From: Paraspadella gotoi | Lineage: Eukaryota > Animalia > Chaetognatha | Direction: 5' to 3' | Length of the DNA stretch: 64,000 nt | NCBI GenBank assembly: GCA_051294375.1 | Contig: CM119263.1 | Span: forward strand, 16,641,661 to 16,705,660 | Part shown: positions 1-12,142 of the stretch, piece by piece | How the letters are laid out: the number at the start of each line of letters is the position of its first letter | Position numbering within the stretch: the stretch's first letter is position 1 | Notes under the pieces: model-generated | Told to the model about the DNA's origin: nothing | What the model saw: only the letters and a program-made list of their open reading frames with translations | Databases searched by the model: none | Translations under genes and position numbers: made by a program

Positions 1-163
1 CTTTCTTGAATCGATTCGAGACGACTGTCTTCGCGCAAGTTTGATCGTAATATAAAACTTCGTGGCAGAGTGTTAGATCGCCGTAAAGCTCCGCCGATTG
101 CTTGCGTCAAATCATTGTATGGCGATTGCATTATTCTCGCATACGCGCCCGCGCTGAGGGTAA
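1..163 (-). pseudogene. Probable 3' remainder (cytoplasmic tail) of the mucin-like gene, beyond retro copy 1
   Basis: Continues from the TSD; the direct frame stops after LPSARARMRE, while an alternative frame reads YARIMQSPYNDLTQAIGGALRRSNTLPRSF to the window edge. Confidence 0.5.
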
Positions 164-167
164 TGTT

Positions 168-516
168 TGTAGCGTCTCTAGCTACTGAACTCTGACTGAG
201 GCTGTCCAAGATGAATAAAAAGGTTTGAATAAATTTATTTCTATTTACAAAACAAAAGTTAAGCAATTTGGTGCGGAGAGGAACTGAACTTCTCTCTCTC
301 TTGCCTTCCCCTTTTATATCTTCTGAGACTCCTTGAAGATATTGCGCAACCGGATCTTTGGATTTCACTGGGATTGTGAAATCCAAAGCCGGCCTTTCTC
401 TAAGTGGGTGGGAAAACCGCAATCATCTTTTCTTGGGTTCTATTTTTTACTTTTATACCCCCACGATTTTCCCTTCGACCATTTAGTTATTAATAGAACA
501 AAGATCGTGATGCTAA
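168..516 (-). repeat. 3' LTR of copy 1
   Basis: Matches the other three LTRs; TGTAGC...GCTA(C)A termini; adjacent polypurine tract at 517-529 (minus strand TGAGGGGGAGGGT). Confidence 0.95.
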
Positions 517-1092
517 ACCCTCCCCCTCAGGAAAAATGGGCGAAGGGGTCTTTTGTACTGAAAGAGTACATCTTTCGATCGGTAGAGGTTGTAAATCACA
601 AGTGATAACATCCCGTGAAATTTTCCAGCTCATAAACAACATCTTCTAGACAAGTATCTCGTAAATTGTCTGGACACCCAGGTGTTTATAATATTATAAA
701 AAACACATCAAAGAAATACAGTGATCGAAAATGGGAATCGATCCTTTCACCGGGTCGTTATATGTCAAGGAAAATAATTTATTATTTTGTATCACTACTT
801 AAGCAACAGGGACTTTAATTCGTTTCTCTACGGCCAACAGATTTTACGAATTTCTGATAGTTTTTTCCCCAGTTCTTTTTCAAGCAAAAAGGTACGTAAT
901 GAATAAGTAATAAAATCAAAGCAATAAAATCAAAGCACAATAGCACTAAGCAATGATAAGCGTAATAATTTGTTTAGACCAAACTCAAACTGTGTTAATT
1001 CATGGAATGTCCTGTTTTCGAAAGTTTAGGAATCGGTATGTATATGTTTACTAGGTATATTTATATTTTCAAATTTTAGTAACTCATCTATC

Positions 1093-2263
1093 ATGGCTGT
1101 GGCTCCTTCCGCATCAACCTCTTCTATTCAAGGATTGTCACAAGAGCCAGTGGCTCTGGTGACTTCCGATTTTTCGGATGTCCGAAAATTCTAGATTACC
1201 TAGGCCAGTTCGTTGGAGCTGCGGAAATGATGCAGCTTGACTGCCGCATCTTGCGGCGTCACGCTCGCTTAGGCTTGGTCGCCTTGCGCGGAGGAAAAAC
1301 CCATTTCCTCCTGTAGGAATGCACCCACGATTTCGGCCTGGTTCTTACATACTTCGTCGTGCGGAAAAGACCCCGAACTCCGCTGGATCTCATCCAGCCT
1401 CGCAGGAATAAGGGTATTTCATTATTTCTTATATTTTATTTTTTTATATATATTTTATTCCTTTATATTAAGTGCGCTTGTCATCCGAGGAAACGCAAAC
1501 CCTGCGTGGCCTACGTAACGGGACGATCCGTTACGGAGATAGAGGCCACATCGGGGTCCGGGTGGGTATTATTAACCGGAACAATATCTTGCTCCTGAGG
1601 ATGAACATTCACCGTATACTGCGGGGGATTTTAATAAGGATCTCTGATCTTCTCAAGACCAACCCGAAATGTCAAGGATCCGAAATGAGCAGGAGGAAAA
1701 GATCTTTGGGTCTTTTTCCTCCTCTTAAGGGTTATCTCTCCGAGGAGGTAACTCCATTATTCCAAACACGGAAGAATATCGTTACGAAGGAAACGCCCCC
1801 GTCATCGGACGAGAACCGTCCGATGACAGCATTCCTTCCTCATCTTTTATGTTCCTCTTTGCCAGTTACCTCTTCTGTTGTTACTTTCTTCTTCTGTTTA
1901 CTTCTTCTGTAACTGTCCCTATTATAAAACTTTCTTTCCGTAGCTTCGTTCATTCTCATTTTCCCCCTCCTCCTTACCTATACCCCTCCTTTTGTCCTTA
2001 CCCTTATATTCCAACCATTTTAACTACTTCCTCTTCAACTTGTCCTACGATTACTGCCACTTCACTAATCCTACTTACAGAGTTTCTTTTTCCTTCTCCG
2101 TATCATCTTGGAACGCTTTTAACCCTTCCTTTCATTATCCTTTACACCTTTGTTACAGGAATTAATCCTTTCAATCCCATTCTAGACCTCCTCCTAGGCC
2201 TTTTATTTCTTTTTCTCATGCGACTCGACTACTTCTTCTTCAGTACTTCTACTAACCTTGTAA
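1093..2263 (+). pseudogene. Antisense cargo gene A of retro copy 1 (2 coding exons, intron 1414-1472), frameshifted here
   Basis: Colinear with 47477-48671 of copy 2; GT..AG intron at the same position; starts MAVAPSAST. Confidence 0.75.
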
Positions 2264-2349
2264 ATCCTTTTGTAAATAACATTTCTGTTAGAATTTGTTT
2301 TTACTGTTAAAATTAGGTGAACCGATCATCAATTTCTTCTCGTAAAAAA

Positions 2350-3110
2350 GTGTTTTTTCTTTCTTTTGATTTTTATACCGAAGCGTTGCCGATTACATCT
2401 ATGATTTTTTGTGGATCCTGGGCAAACTTTACGACTATGAAGCCGCTCCTAGACTTTAAAATTCGCCCGTCAGCTATTCCGACCCAAAGACTTTGTCAGC
2501 TTCGCCTTCTACTACGCCATTAATGTCAAATCTCCTGACGTCAACCATTTCGTCCTCGCAGAAGCATTTGTCCAGACTTTTTAATTCTCTTCGAACAAAC
2601 ATTCCTTTGTTCTCGGATTCAACCAGACCCTTACTACTTTTCCGTCTTCTACAAATACGTCATTTCCGTATTATCTGTTTCGGCTTCTCCTTCTATCTTC
2701 TTGGTTTCAACTGGGTCCGTCTCAGGTTAAACAGAATTAAATAAATGATTATATATATTGAGAAAACAAAATTCTTTTTATTTCTTACAGATCGTTCTTG
2801 CTTTATTAATCACGGCTATCTTACTTATTGCCGTTCTTCTGTTAAAGAAATTTAGTTATTTTCGTCCCTCTACTCGTCATCCTTTGGAAACACCTCGACC
2901 GTTATTGAGATGGGGGAACTCGATCTTTTAAAGAGGAAGAAACAACTTTGGACGAGATATTTCCAGATACTATTCCAAAAATCCCTTATTCAAGTCCATG
3001 TATTCAAGTTGACCTTCCGTCTCAACTCCTTCGACTAATCTCAATTCCAGTCAACCTCCTCGGCGGAGCGCAAGAACTACCAAAGGATTACTTCTAAAAG
3101 ATTCAGATAA
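2350..3110 (+). pseudogene. Antisense cargo gene B of retro copy 1 (mucin-like type-I membrane protein, intron 2726-2790), frameshifted here
   Basis: Colinear with 46616-47393 of copy 2; CAG|GTTAAA...TTACAG|ATC splice joins stalk exon to TM exon; start codon reads GTG in this copy. Confidence 0.75.
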
Positions 3111-3669
3111 GGAACAAATAGGTTCTCAACCTTCTTTCGAATATCAGACATTTTGATTGAGTTAATCAACAATTCATGATTTCATTTAATTGACACTTTC
3201 TTAATAAAATTTTTTATATATTCAAACAAGATTTTTCTTTCCCCTAAATTTGTAAACGACAAGATTTTAGCCATCTTCAGAAATAAGAATGTCTGGGAAA
3301 TCCTTTCCCTAAATCTCTTCAACGACAAAATCTTTGCCTCTTTACTGTTTTAGTTTAGTAGAAAAATCAGGTAATGACTAGTATAATACTTGGCACAAAT
3401 TCCTTTGCGATTTCAACAAAATGAAAGAAAACGAGAAGCAACACACGAAAATCTCATCATCTCAAAATTTTTTATTACAAACCACCACCCTTCCCCCAGG
3501 AAAAGGTGACAAATTAAATCCGTGAAAACACATAGAATACATAAGTAAAGATTAAACAAAAAGGTCAACTGTTGAGTGCTTCACCCTGACAAATGACCAA
3601 ATCGCGTGAGATCATATGAATAAATGAATAATTACATTTGATTTCCTCAGTCCTTTCTGACATTAAATC

Positions 3670-6600
3670 ATAATCTTTTAATCTTTTAGGTATTTTCTTT
3701 TCGAACGGGTCTTTTGTTTTCTCCCTTCGTTTCATTTCTTTTGCAGCGACACCTGTGGAGTCAGCACTAATCGCAATTGATTTGCGTGGACTACTTTTGC
3801 TTCTTTCTGCGAGGAGCATTTGTTTTTTGTCTCATCTTCGTCCAACTGGCTCTAGAACATAATTACATCACTCAACTTTTTTTTTATAATAAAGTGAGTT
3901 TTAAAAACTGAGCGCTGAATGATTTAGTTTCACTTGTGTTGTATCATTATATTTCGGTATAAAACTATATCGTCTTTATTAAAAGTGGGAATACTGGCTC
4001 TTAAGCGTAGTACATTTTTTGTTTTCCATTTCTACTTCAGTATGCTTTGCCACTGCTTGAAAGAATTTCGACTGACGAACTTGCAATCCTCTCTCTAATT
4101 GCGTTAGGCAATTCTTCTTGAACTTGTCGAGCATCTTCCAATGGATATCTTAATGATAGAGGAGTGAACATTTCTCCTCCACCTGTCATTACTTTGAATG
4201 GAGAAACCAGTGGCTTTGAAGGTAAAGCATTTAATGCAATTGTACTTTCTTAGTTAATCCATGAGAGTTATTTTTCTAAAAGCATTGAATTATAAACTTC
4301 GCATCTGTTTTCCACATCCATCAGATTGTGGATGAAAACTGGACGATGAGTTTATTTAATCTCCATAATGTCATAAAAATCCTGCTACTTTGGCTTTAAA
4401 AACAACGGCATTATCCGTCATGTGTCTTAGGTACGCCAAATAAACTGACATATTGATTATAAAAATTCGTCCAGATTTCAATGCTGTTCTGATTTTAATT
4501 GCATAAAACGTATATTTTGACCAATAGTCAATACATACTAAAATAGCACGATACCCATCCCTGGATGGTTTATGTAATATTTTTTAAATCTAATGCTACT
4601 CTTTCATTAAAGAATTTTGCAGATCTTGAACAAGTGGGGCTTTAAGATTAGTTTTTCTTCGTCTTAAACATATTTGACAGGACGAAACATATTCATTAAT
4701 AGCTGTACTTCGGGAATAAAAGTAATATTTTCTTTTATCAGGTCTCGCATCCTTTGGATTCCCGGATGGGCCATCATATCGTGCGCAAGAAAAGAATATC
4801 AAGAATCTTTTTTCTGGCACGACGGTAAATTTTTTACTTCTTCAGTATTTGATGCATCAGTCCATTTTCTCACTATGACATTTCATGAATGCCAATTGTT
4901 CCAAAGATGCATAGTAAGACCTTAAGGCTGGGCTAAACCTTCTGGCGATCTTTTTATCCGGAGCTCCCTTTTCTATCCATTCTTTTAATTTCATTAAGTC
5001 GCCGTCTTCTTCTTGCCAGGTGCGCCAATCTTGCCATGCAGCTGGTTCTTGAATTGATCAGGGTCAAGGTTGCTTCAGGGTCAACAGATCCAGCTTTACC
5101 CTGCAGGTTTTTGTTATTACTGGCGCTACCAACTGATCTGTCAAATCCCCTCGACAGATCTCCTCCCAAGTTCCCGTGGGAGTTTCTTCAATTCGGATAC
5201 GAGATAACGTATCCGCCGCAATATTGCGGTGCCCGCCACGTGTTTCAATTTCCACGTGACCCGAAAACAGCTAATCGTCCTAAGCAACGCACAACAAATG
5301 GGGTCGGCTCTTTAGATGATGATGTCCTAAAAGGTAAACAAGAGACTTACAGTCGGTATATACTGTTAAAATTATTGTTTGATAGCAGATAAGCCTTACA
5401 AGCTTCCATGGAATTTACAAGGGCCTTTAATTCCCCTACATAACTACTATCTGTATCATTTTCTCCTTTCAAGGCTTTAGTCGTAATCTTATGAGCCTAG
5501 ATCCGTATAAAATAGGTCTCATTTTTCCGGTAGAATCATCTATTTGCCTAATACATATCCAACTCCGATTTTTGAGAAATCCACTGCCAAATGGAATTCT
5601 TTTTCAAAATTCGGAGGTGCCAGACAAGTATCAGCACAGAGTAATTCTTTTAATTTTTCAAATGCCTTCTGACAATCCTCTGTCCAATCAAATTTAATTT
5701 CTTTTTGCGTCAACCGATAGAGAGGTCTTGCTATGACAGAAAATCCGGAACAAAACGGCGATAAAAGTTGCAAATGCAACGAAAGATTGAACCTCTTTTA
5801 CCGTTGTAGGTACTGGCCATCCTTCTACCGCTCGCAATTTTCCTACATCTGCCTTCACGCCATCCCCTGTGATTACATGACCCAGAAGATTTATGGTGTT
5901 TCTAAAAAGAAACATTTTGGGCTTTGGCTTTCAATCCCGTAACTTCTAAACGACATAGGACCTTCTCAACATGCTCAAGGTGAGAATCAAAATCTGATGA
6001 AAAAACAATTATGTCGTCAAGGTAAGCCAAAGCACTCTGCCATGAAATTCCAGCCAGCATTTTTGTAGCCATAGCCGAAAAAGTAGCTGGTGCTGAAACC
6101 AAACCAAAGGGTAAGCGATTGTAAGAATAAGTAGAACCCATTAGGCACCTGAAAAGCAGTATATTGCATTGATCCCGGTGCATGGTATTCCTAAAATGCA
6201 GATTTAAATCTAAGTAGAAAACCATTTATTTTTTTCCCTTTGATACAGCGTCTAAAAAGACATCTAGATCTAGTGGGTTAGTTAGTTTTCTTGTTGTCAA
6301 TTCCAGACAGATGGTCAACAACAGAATCTATGGGCGCTGACACATTTTTCTATTATTCCTATTGATTCCAATTTATCAACATGTTCTTGGATTGCCTTTT
6401 GTTTTTCGATAGGATAACGACGTGGAGGATCAACTATCGCCTTATGCCCAGGCTTACTTTCATCAATGTCAATCCTATGTTTGCCAGGTGAGTTTTTCCA
6501 ATATCAAGGCTTCCTCTAGAAACAGCCTTATATCGCCTTTTGAGCATTTCCTCTACTCTTTCCCTTTGTTCTCCTTTAAGGTGAGTGAGATCGATCTTAT

Positions 6601-7340
6601 CGACGGGATGCTCATCAGGACTCACATCATCTCCACCGTCCTTCCTATCAGGCTTCATATCTAAGAGGTTTTGTCCCTCTTCTGGTTCCATCAGAATTTC
6701 ACATTCTGATGCCACTCCCATTGTTGTGTTTCTGTACAATTTTATTGGTTGTGTATAACCAATTATTAATTACAACTGGAACTATATTATTTTCTTGTTT
6801 CTTTATAACTGATCGAGATATCACAATGCCATATCTTCTGCAGGCAAACCCACAATCTATCTCCCAGTATTCACCTGGTATTTGATCAGTTACTTTTAGA
6901 TGAGTAATTAATTGTCTTCCAGCAGGAATAACAATAGTCTCGCCTAATTTTAAATTACACTCGTCTCGAGTTAATACAGTTTGTATTTTAGCCATATCTC
7001 CCATTTTAATATTTTCCACTTTATACTTTATAGCAATATTGTTACATTTAATAATTCCTTGATCCGTACATATCTGTACACGGAATTTTTTTCATACCAT
7101 TTAAACCTAGCAAACAAATACCTGATTCCTTTACAATGTAGAATTTAACGTTCTGGACAATTTATTTATGGTACAAGTTATATTCCCATCCCAACAGTAC
7201 TCATTTTCCTCCCCCTACCCCACTTAACGAAATATCACGGTCTGATTTCTACTGGACATTTAGTCTTTCCTAATATCTCATCTGAGATAACATTATATTA
7301 CTTCCCGTGTCCAACAAAATATGAATACTATCATTTTGTT
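3670..7340 (-). pseudogene. pol: pol of copy 1 (protease, RT, RNase H, integrase), many frameshifts; boundaries approximate
   Basis: LLDTGS protease motif near 7300; RLPFGL..APATF and AYLDDII (ORF 5902-6225); LAVDFSKIGVGYVL RNase H (5540-5779); HHCC and core integrase remnants near 4200-4800. Confidence 0.9.
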
Positions 7341-7699
7341 TTGGCCTATTTATATAGGAATATGGGGCCCAGGGTGGAGATATTAATCGTACAGATTGAT
7401 TCATCCCCGTTACCGATTATATTTTCATTTGGTGAAGACTCTGTCCTGGTGGCGTTACTCTCCTTCTCCGGGATCAAGACATCGGTTTCTTCGTCTTTAA
7501 AGTTGCCAAACGACAGGACAGTGATGAATCACCATCGTGACTCTGGCCGGGATCAACGAAGGTCGATGTAAGTTTCCATCGGCGGAATTGAAGTGGAGCG
7601 TCACTAAGAGTTTTGTCTTCACTGAGCACTGTTGTTGTTGTGTGAGGAATGAATCATTTTCGTCCCGAGATTCACTCCTCATGGATTCGCTACGACGAG

Positions 7700-9180
7700 G
7701 ATGGAGGATTAGAAGGTGGCGGCGGCGGATTTGATGGTCTTCCGCCGGGCGTTGGTTTCCCACCTCCCTTTTGCCTTTGAACGGCCGCTTGAAGTTTTGT
7801 CCTTTTCCCGTTCCTTTGTTCTTCGGTTTCTTTTCTCGGGATGTAACTTCCAACAGTCTGCTTTCACGTGACCTTGACGATCACATCCCCAGCAGGTGAC
7901 GTCGGACGATTTGGACGCCGTTCCTTGTCGTACCGGTTTTGTTCCCACGACGGCCACTACAGCTGCCGCTCCTTCCGAGATTCCCAAAGTTTCCATGGAT
8001 CTGGCCTTTTCTATGGCCTCGTCAAGCGTTTTGGGGAATAGAAGTCGCAACTTTTCCCCTAGCTCACCTTGGAGATTTTGGGTAAATACCTCAAAGCTTT
8101 TTGTTCAATTTGTTTATTTGTGTATTCATGCCCATAGGCTCGTACGGCCAGATTTCTCAGCCTGACACCATAGGCCCTCAGATCTTCACCTTGAGTTTTC
8201 CGGGCCGTCAGGAGCTGATATCGAGATGCCAAATCCAGGTCTTTCTCCATCACCTTGACAAGATAGTCGCGCAGTTCCTCGTAGGTGACGTCTGTTGTTG
8301 TCGGCGATATAGTTTGTCGCCAAAATTGAGGCATTTCCGACGAGTAGTGATAAAAATTTGGAACGCCAGTTTTTTGTTGGTATTTCACAATCTCGTGCCT
8401 CGTTTTCGAAAGTGATGGCGAGAGCCCTAATAGACTGGCCATCCGAATACCTCGGGAAATTAGGCTTCACCGGTACCGACATCCTCATTATGCGAGGCGG
8501 AGGGACTCCTCGGCGAGCTCCAGAGGCAGGAAGCTCGACGACTTCATCTTCTTCGTCGTCGGATCGTCGCCTCTCCTCTCTCCTGCTGCCGCTCCTCCGG
8601 TTGCTCCTCCGGTGGCTCCTCCCAATCCTCCTCCACCACCACCTGATCCTCCACCACCTGATCCTCCACCACCACCTGATCCTCCTCCACCACCTGTAGT
8701 CCTCGGCGCCGGCATGTCGACGACGTCCTCTCCTCTGTCGACTTGATCTTCTTCTGCTTCATTTTTTTCAGAAGTTCTTTGACGCCGATCGACCTCATCA
8801 AGCCGCGCCTCCAAGTGTTGGAAGCGCAACGCCAATCCGTTGATGGCTGCCAATAGGTGTGTTGCCGTTACCTCTCGTCCCGGCGCTTCCATCGGTGTTG
8901 GTGGTCGTTGGATTGGTTGTGGCGGCCCGGTAGGATGGGGGTGGAGAGGGTTCCGGACGCGAGGGGGCGTCGCAGCGAGTGGGTGGCGGTAATTGAAACA
9001 GTTCGTCGGCCGAGAGTTGCGGAGAGAGGCCATCGGTCTCGCGCCTCTCTCTCCTCCGTGACGACTGTTGGGCTTCGTCGGCCGGGCTCTCGAATCTCGG
9101 AGCGTAATTCGAGAAGGATACTGCGGCGTCGGCCGATGGATTGTCCCCGGTGGAGTCGGTTCCTGTTCGTCGCCTTCCAT
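7700..9180 (-). pseudogene. gag: gag of copy 1 with Gly-rich linker and CCHC zinc knuckle
   Basis: CWGCDRQGHVKADC knuckle in ORF 7709-8050; capsid-like QGEDLRAYGVRLRNLAVRAY in ORF 8059-8442; begins just downstream of the PBS. Confidence 0.85.
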
Positions 9181-9299
9181 CCCGAATGCAAAGCGAGGAG
9201 AAGAATACTATTGATTCAAGAAGGACGGCGATGACTCCCGTTGTGATGAAAGCGGTGGTAGCAAATTTTCTGGACAGACGCAATCAGAGTTGTTCATTG

Positions 9300-9316
9300 A
9301 TCCTGGCAAGTCGCCA
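9300..9316 (-). other. Primer binding site of copy 1 (possibly tRNA-Arg type)
   Basis: TGGCGACTTGCCAGGA, 3 nt inside the 5' LTR; complementary to a tRNA 3' end (...TCCTGGCAAGGTCGCCA by copy 2); tRNA identity is inferred. Confidence 0.8.
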
Positions 9317-9319
9317 ATT

Positions 9320-9671
9320 TGTAGCGTCTCTAGCTACTGAACTCTGACTGAGGCTGTCCAAGATGAATAAAAAGGTTTGAATAAGTTTATTTCTATTTAC
9401 AACAAAAAGTTAAGCAATTTGGTGCGGAGAGGAACTGAACTCCTCTCTTCTCTTGCCTTCCCCTTTTATATCTTTCTGAGACCTCCTTGAAGATATTGCG
9501 CAACCGGATCTTTGGATTTCACTGGGATTGTGAAATCCAAAGCCGGCCTTTCTCTAAGTGGGTGGGAAAACCGCAATCATCTTTTCTTGGGTTCTATTTT
9601 TACTTTTATACCCCCCACGATTTTCCCTTCGACCATTTAGTTATTAATAGAACAAAGATCGTGATGCTACA
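9320..9671 (-). repeat. 5' LTR of copy 1
   Basis: TGTAGC...GCTACA ends; TATAAAAG and AATAAA in element sense; followed by PBS. Confidence 0.95.
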
Positions 9672-10596
9672 TGTTGTTGGAGTATTAGATTGAGTTAAGG
9701 TTGACATTTCGAGTTCTTCTCGAGACGGCGGAGGATGAGGATTACGACGCCTTCGTCTTTGAACGTCTCAGATGAATTTTTTCCCAACGTAAATAAAACT
9801 AATGAGCGCGAGACCCATCGCTGCTGCTCCTAAATATGCCGTCCAATCAACAGAGCCAATTAAAAGGGCATCATTTTCGGTGTTTTTATCAAGCTAGAGG
9901 AATTAAAAACTAATCAATTATAAGTAAAAAAAATTATCATTATGGAATACCTCTGTGTTATTGGCAGGCCACTCTCGCCCCTCATTAGTCATAGTCCCGG
10001 TGTTCACAATCTAAATATTTAAAATTTTTTTGTATTATAATGAGAAAAATTTTTGAAAAAAAATAGTAATTTTTTACCGTAATGCTCGTTGTCATATTTA
10101 TTTTCCAGTCGGTTATCGGAATTTGAGTCGTTGGAGCCGGCGAAGAATTATTTCGAATAAAGTCTCTAAACCAATCGCGCCATGCTTTGATTAACTCCGG
10201 CGATAAAGTGGCAGAAATTGTTTTTTGAGTTTCTTGAGATGTTGGCGCCTGAGTTGAAGACGACAAGTTAAAAGGAACTGTCGTGTTGAGAATGGATTGA
10301 GGAGTCGTTTGAGGATCCGTTAGAATAGGTAGTGTCCAAGGAGTCGTTGAAACTGTTGGAGCCGGAGGAGCTGATGGAGCCGTCGGAGTAGGTGCCGTTT
10401 GAGCTATCGGAACTGTTAGAGTAGAAGTTTGAGGAGCTGTCGGAGCCGTTAGAGTAGACGTTTGAGGAGTCAACAAAGGTGAAAGAGCAGGAGTTGAAAG
10501 ATAAAGATCATAGTCATAGAATACTTTATTAATGACGCAAGTTCCATCAGAAATAATAGAAAAGAGGAAAATTGTGGAAAAAAATTTAAACGCCAT
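9672..10596 (-). pseudogene. Spliced mucin-like type-I membrane protein gene of the DNA element, interrupted by retro copy 1
   Basis: Signal peptide MAFKFFSTIFLFSII; FYDYD; T/P-rich stalk; GT-AG introns 10011-10077 and 9894-9950 join in frame to TM segment YLGAAAMGLALISFIYVG; in-frame TGA at 9768-9770 followed by basic RRRRR. Confidence 0.75.
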
Positions 10597-10747
10597 GATT
10601 TTCGGTTGAGTCAAGGAGAGGGAAATGAAAGAATGATTCGAAAACAATGGAAAAAAAAGAACTTATCAGTTTAACCGAGGGAAAAACTTTTGAACTTCAA
10701 GTTATTAGTCATTTTTTAAAGATAAGTGACAAAAAAACTACAAGGGG

Positions 10748-10952
10748 GAGAGAGAGAGAGAGAGAGAAAAATTGCTGATAATGGAATGTTGGGAGGGGAA
10801 TGGGGAAAATTGATTTATTAAAAGAAAAAATCATATATATATATATATATATATATATCTATCTATCTATCTGTATGTGCATGCACATGCACACATATAT
10901 GTGCGCGCAAGCGCATGAGCGTGTGCACGTGCGAGAGAGAGAGAGAGAGAGA
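10748..10952. repeat. (AG)n and (TA)n microsatellites in the divergent intergenic region
   Basis: Direct reading; lies between divergent starts at 10596 and 11090. Confidence 0.85.
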
Positions 10953-11089
10953 GTGCGCGCTGAAATTATGTAAATTAAGCAAAACCTGATTGCACGCGCG
11001 TCTTTCCGCTCAATGATTTCGCGCGACCGCGTAAAGTTTGCGCGAGAGGCACGCGGGAACAACTTTTTTTCATTTTCGCTCGAGACGCC

Positions 11090-12139
11090 ATGGCCTCTAA
11101 TCCTCACTATTCGGATATTTCAGAGGACGAGGAGAAAAAAAATGACGGCGACCAAGTTGAGAGAAATCAGCAATCTGATGATAAACCTGTCTTCATTGAT
11201 CAATCTTTAACGATTTATCGAGCGGATAAAGACACAGAATTACCTCAATTAATTAAAGAAAAAATTGTCACTGTCTGTAAAGAGGAAATTGGAAAGCACT
11301 GCGAAATTTGCCACGAGATAAAAGCTCATAAAGATCAACTAAACTTTTTTTTAAAAACTTTTTATGATCAACTCAAAATAAACGAAACGGATTCTAATTG
11401 TAAAAAACATCAACAAAAACAACAACAACAAAAATCTTTAGGCCCTTTACGTATTATCATCGACGACGAACCGCCCCTGGATTTATCTCTTTCTTCAAAT
11501 TCTTCTGCGAGGCCGAGCGCCGAAAGAGTGGATTCTTTTTTTCGCGACTTAAATCCTTTTGCCAATATCTCGGACTTATCTTCTTCTTCCGACTCATTGC
11601 CCCAAAGCGCTCCTTTTCACGAGGCTGTTTTAGCAACCACCGATAGCAATAGAACGGACTTGAATGCAGCAGAGCGCGACTTTCTCGAAGATTACATTGA
11701 AGACTTTTTTAAAAAAAAAACAAACAAAATGGCTTCTGGATTGTTTTGTCAACTAGAAGACGACGCCGACTGTCCATGCTTTGGCTGCTTTAAGCTAAGA
11801 ATGGAAATGGAAGCTTATAACACTTTTACAGAATTTCCTCAACCCTTCGAAGACGAGTTAATTAATTTGGACGATCCCCAAAGAGGATTAAATGATAGTG
11901 ACGTTTTTATGGGTTGTAAAGCGCCTCCTAATTCACCCATGAATTTAGGTTGTAGCCCTCCCCCAAATTCACCCCCCCTTTTTAGTCTAGAAGAAGACTA
12001 TTCAATGAAATCAGTTACTCCAACCACCGACGAAGACGCTGTCATGGATGTCTCAGAAAAAGAAGAAGAAAAAGAAAAACTTGATGCCGTTGCTTCGCCC
12101 GATGTCAAGCTTATCCCTCCGACTCATTCTCTTGAGTAG
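11090..12139 (+). CDS. 349-aa acidic/disordered protein with PLDLS motif and Cys clusters (putative viral regulator)
   Basis: Intact ORF; GCCATGG start context; EPPLDLSLS; CEIC and CPCFGC; stop lies 3 nt before the next ORF. Confidence 0.75.
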   Translation: MASNPHYSDISEDEEKKNDGDQVERNQQSDDKPVFIDQSLTIYRADKDTELPQLIKEKIVTVCKEEIGKHCEICHEIKAHKDQLNFFLKTFYDQLKINETDSNCKKHQQKQQQQKSLGPLRIIIDDEPPLDLSLSSNSSARPSAERVDSFFRDLNPFANISDLSSSSDSLPQSAPFHEAVLATTDSNRTDLNAAERDFLEDYIEDFFKKKTNKMASGLFCQLEDDADCPCFGCFKLRMEMEAYNTFTEFPQPFEDELINLDDPQRGLNDSDVFMGCKAPPNSPMNLGCSPPPNSPPLFSLEEDYSMKSVTPTTDEDAVMDVSEKEEEKEKLDAVASPDVKLIPPTHSLE

Positions 12140-12142
12140 GAT

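Larger units (their letters stand above)
168..9671 (-). mobile_element. Ty3/gypsy LTR retrotransposon, copy 1 (full length, frameshifted)
   Basis: Near-identical LTRs 168-516 and 9320-9671; 4-bp TSD TGTT at 164-167 and 9672-9675; PBS and PPT correctly placed; domain order gag-PR-RT-RH-IN on minus strand. Confidence 0.96.

Noticed and set aside
333-605. ORF MKILRNRIFG... recurring at 333, 9487 and 49179
   Set aside because: Lies within the LTR, starts at TTG and diverges at the LTR edge; recurrence only reflects LTR identity
8620-8695. GGGGS repeats suggesting a synthetic linker or vector contamination
   Set aside because: Embedded in gag and present in diverged form in copy 2; natural Gly-rich linker
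11090-12139. LxCxE Rb-binding motif
   Set aside because: Closest strings (LFCQL, TVCKE) do not fit the consensus
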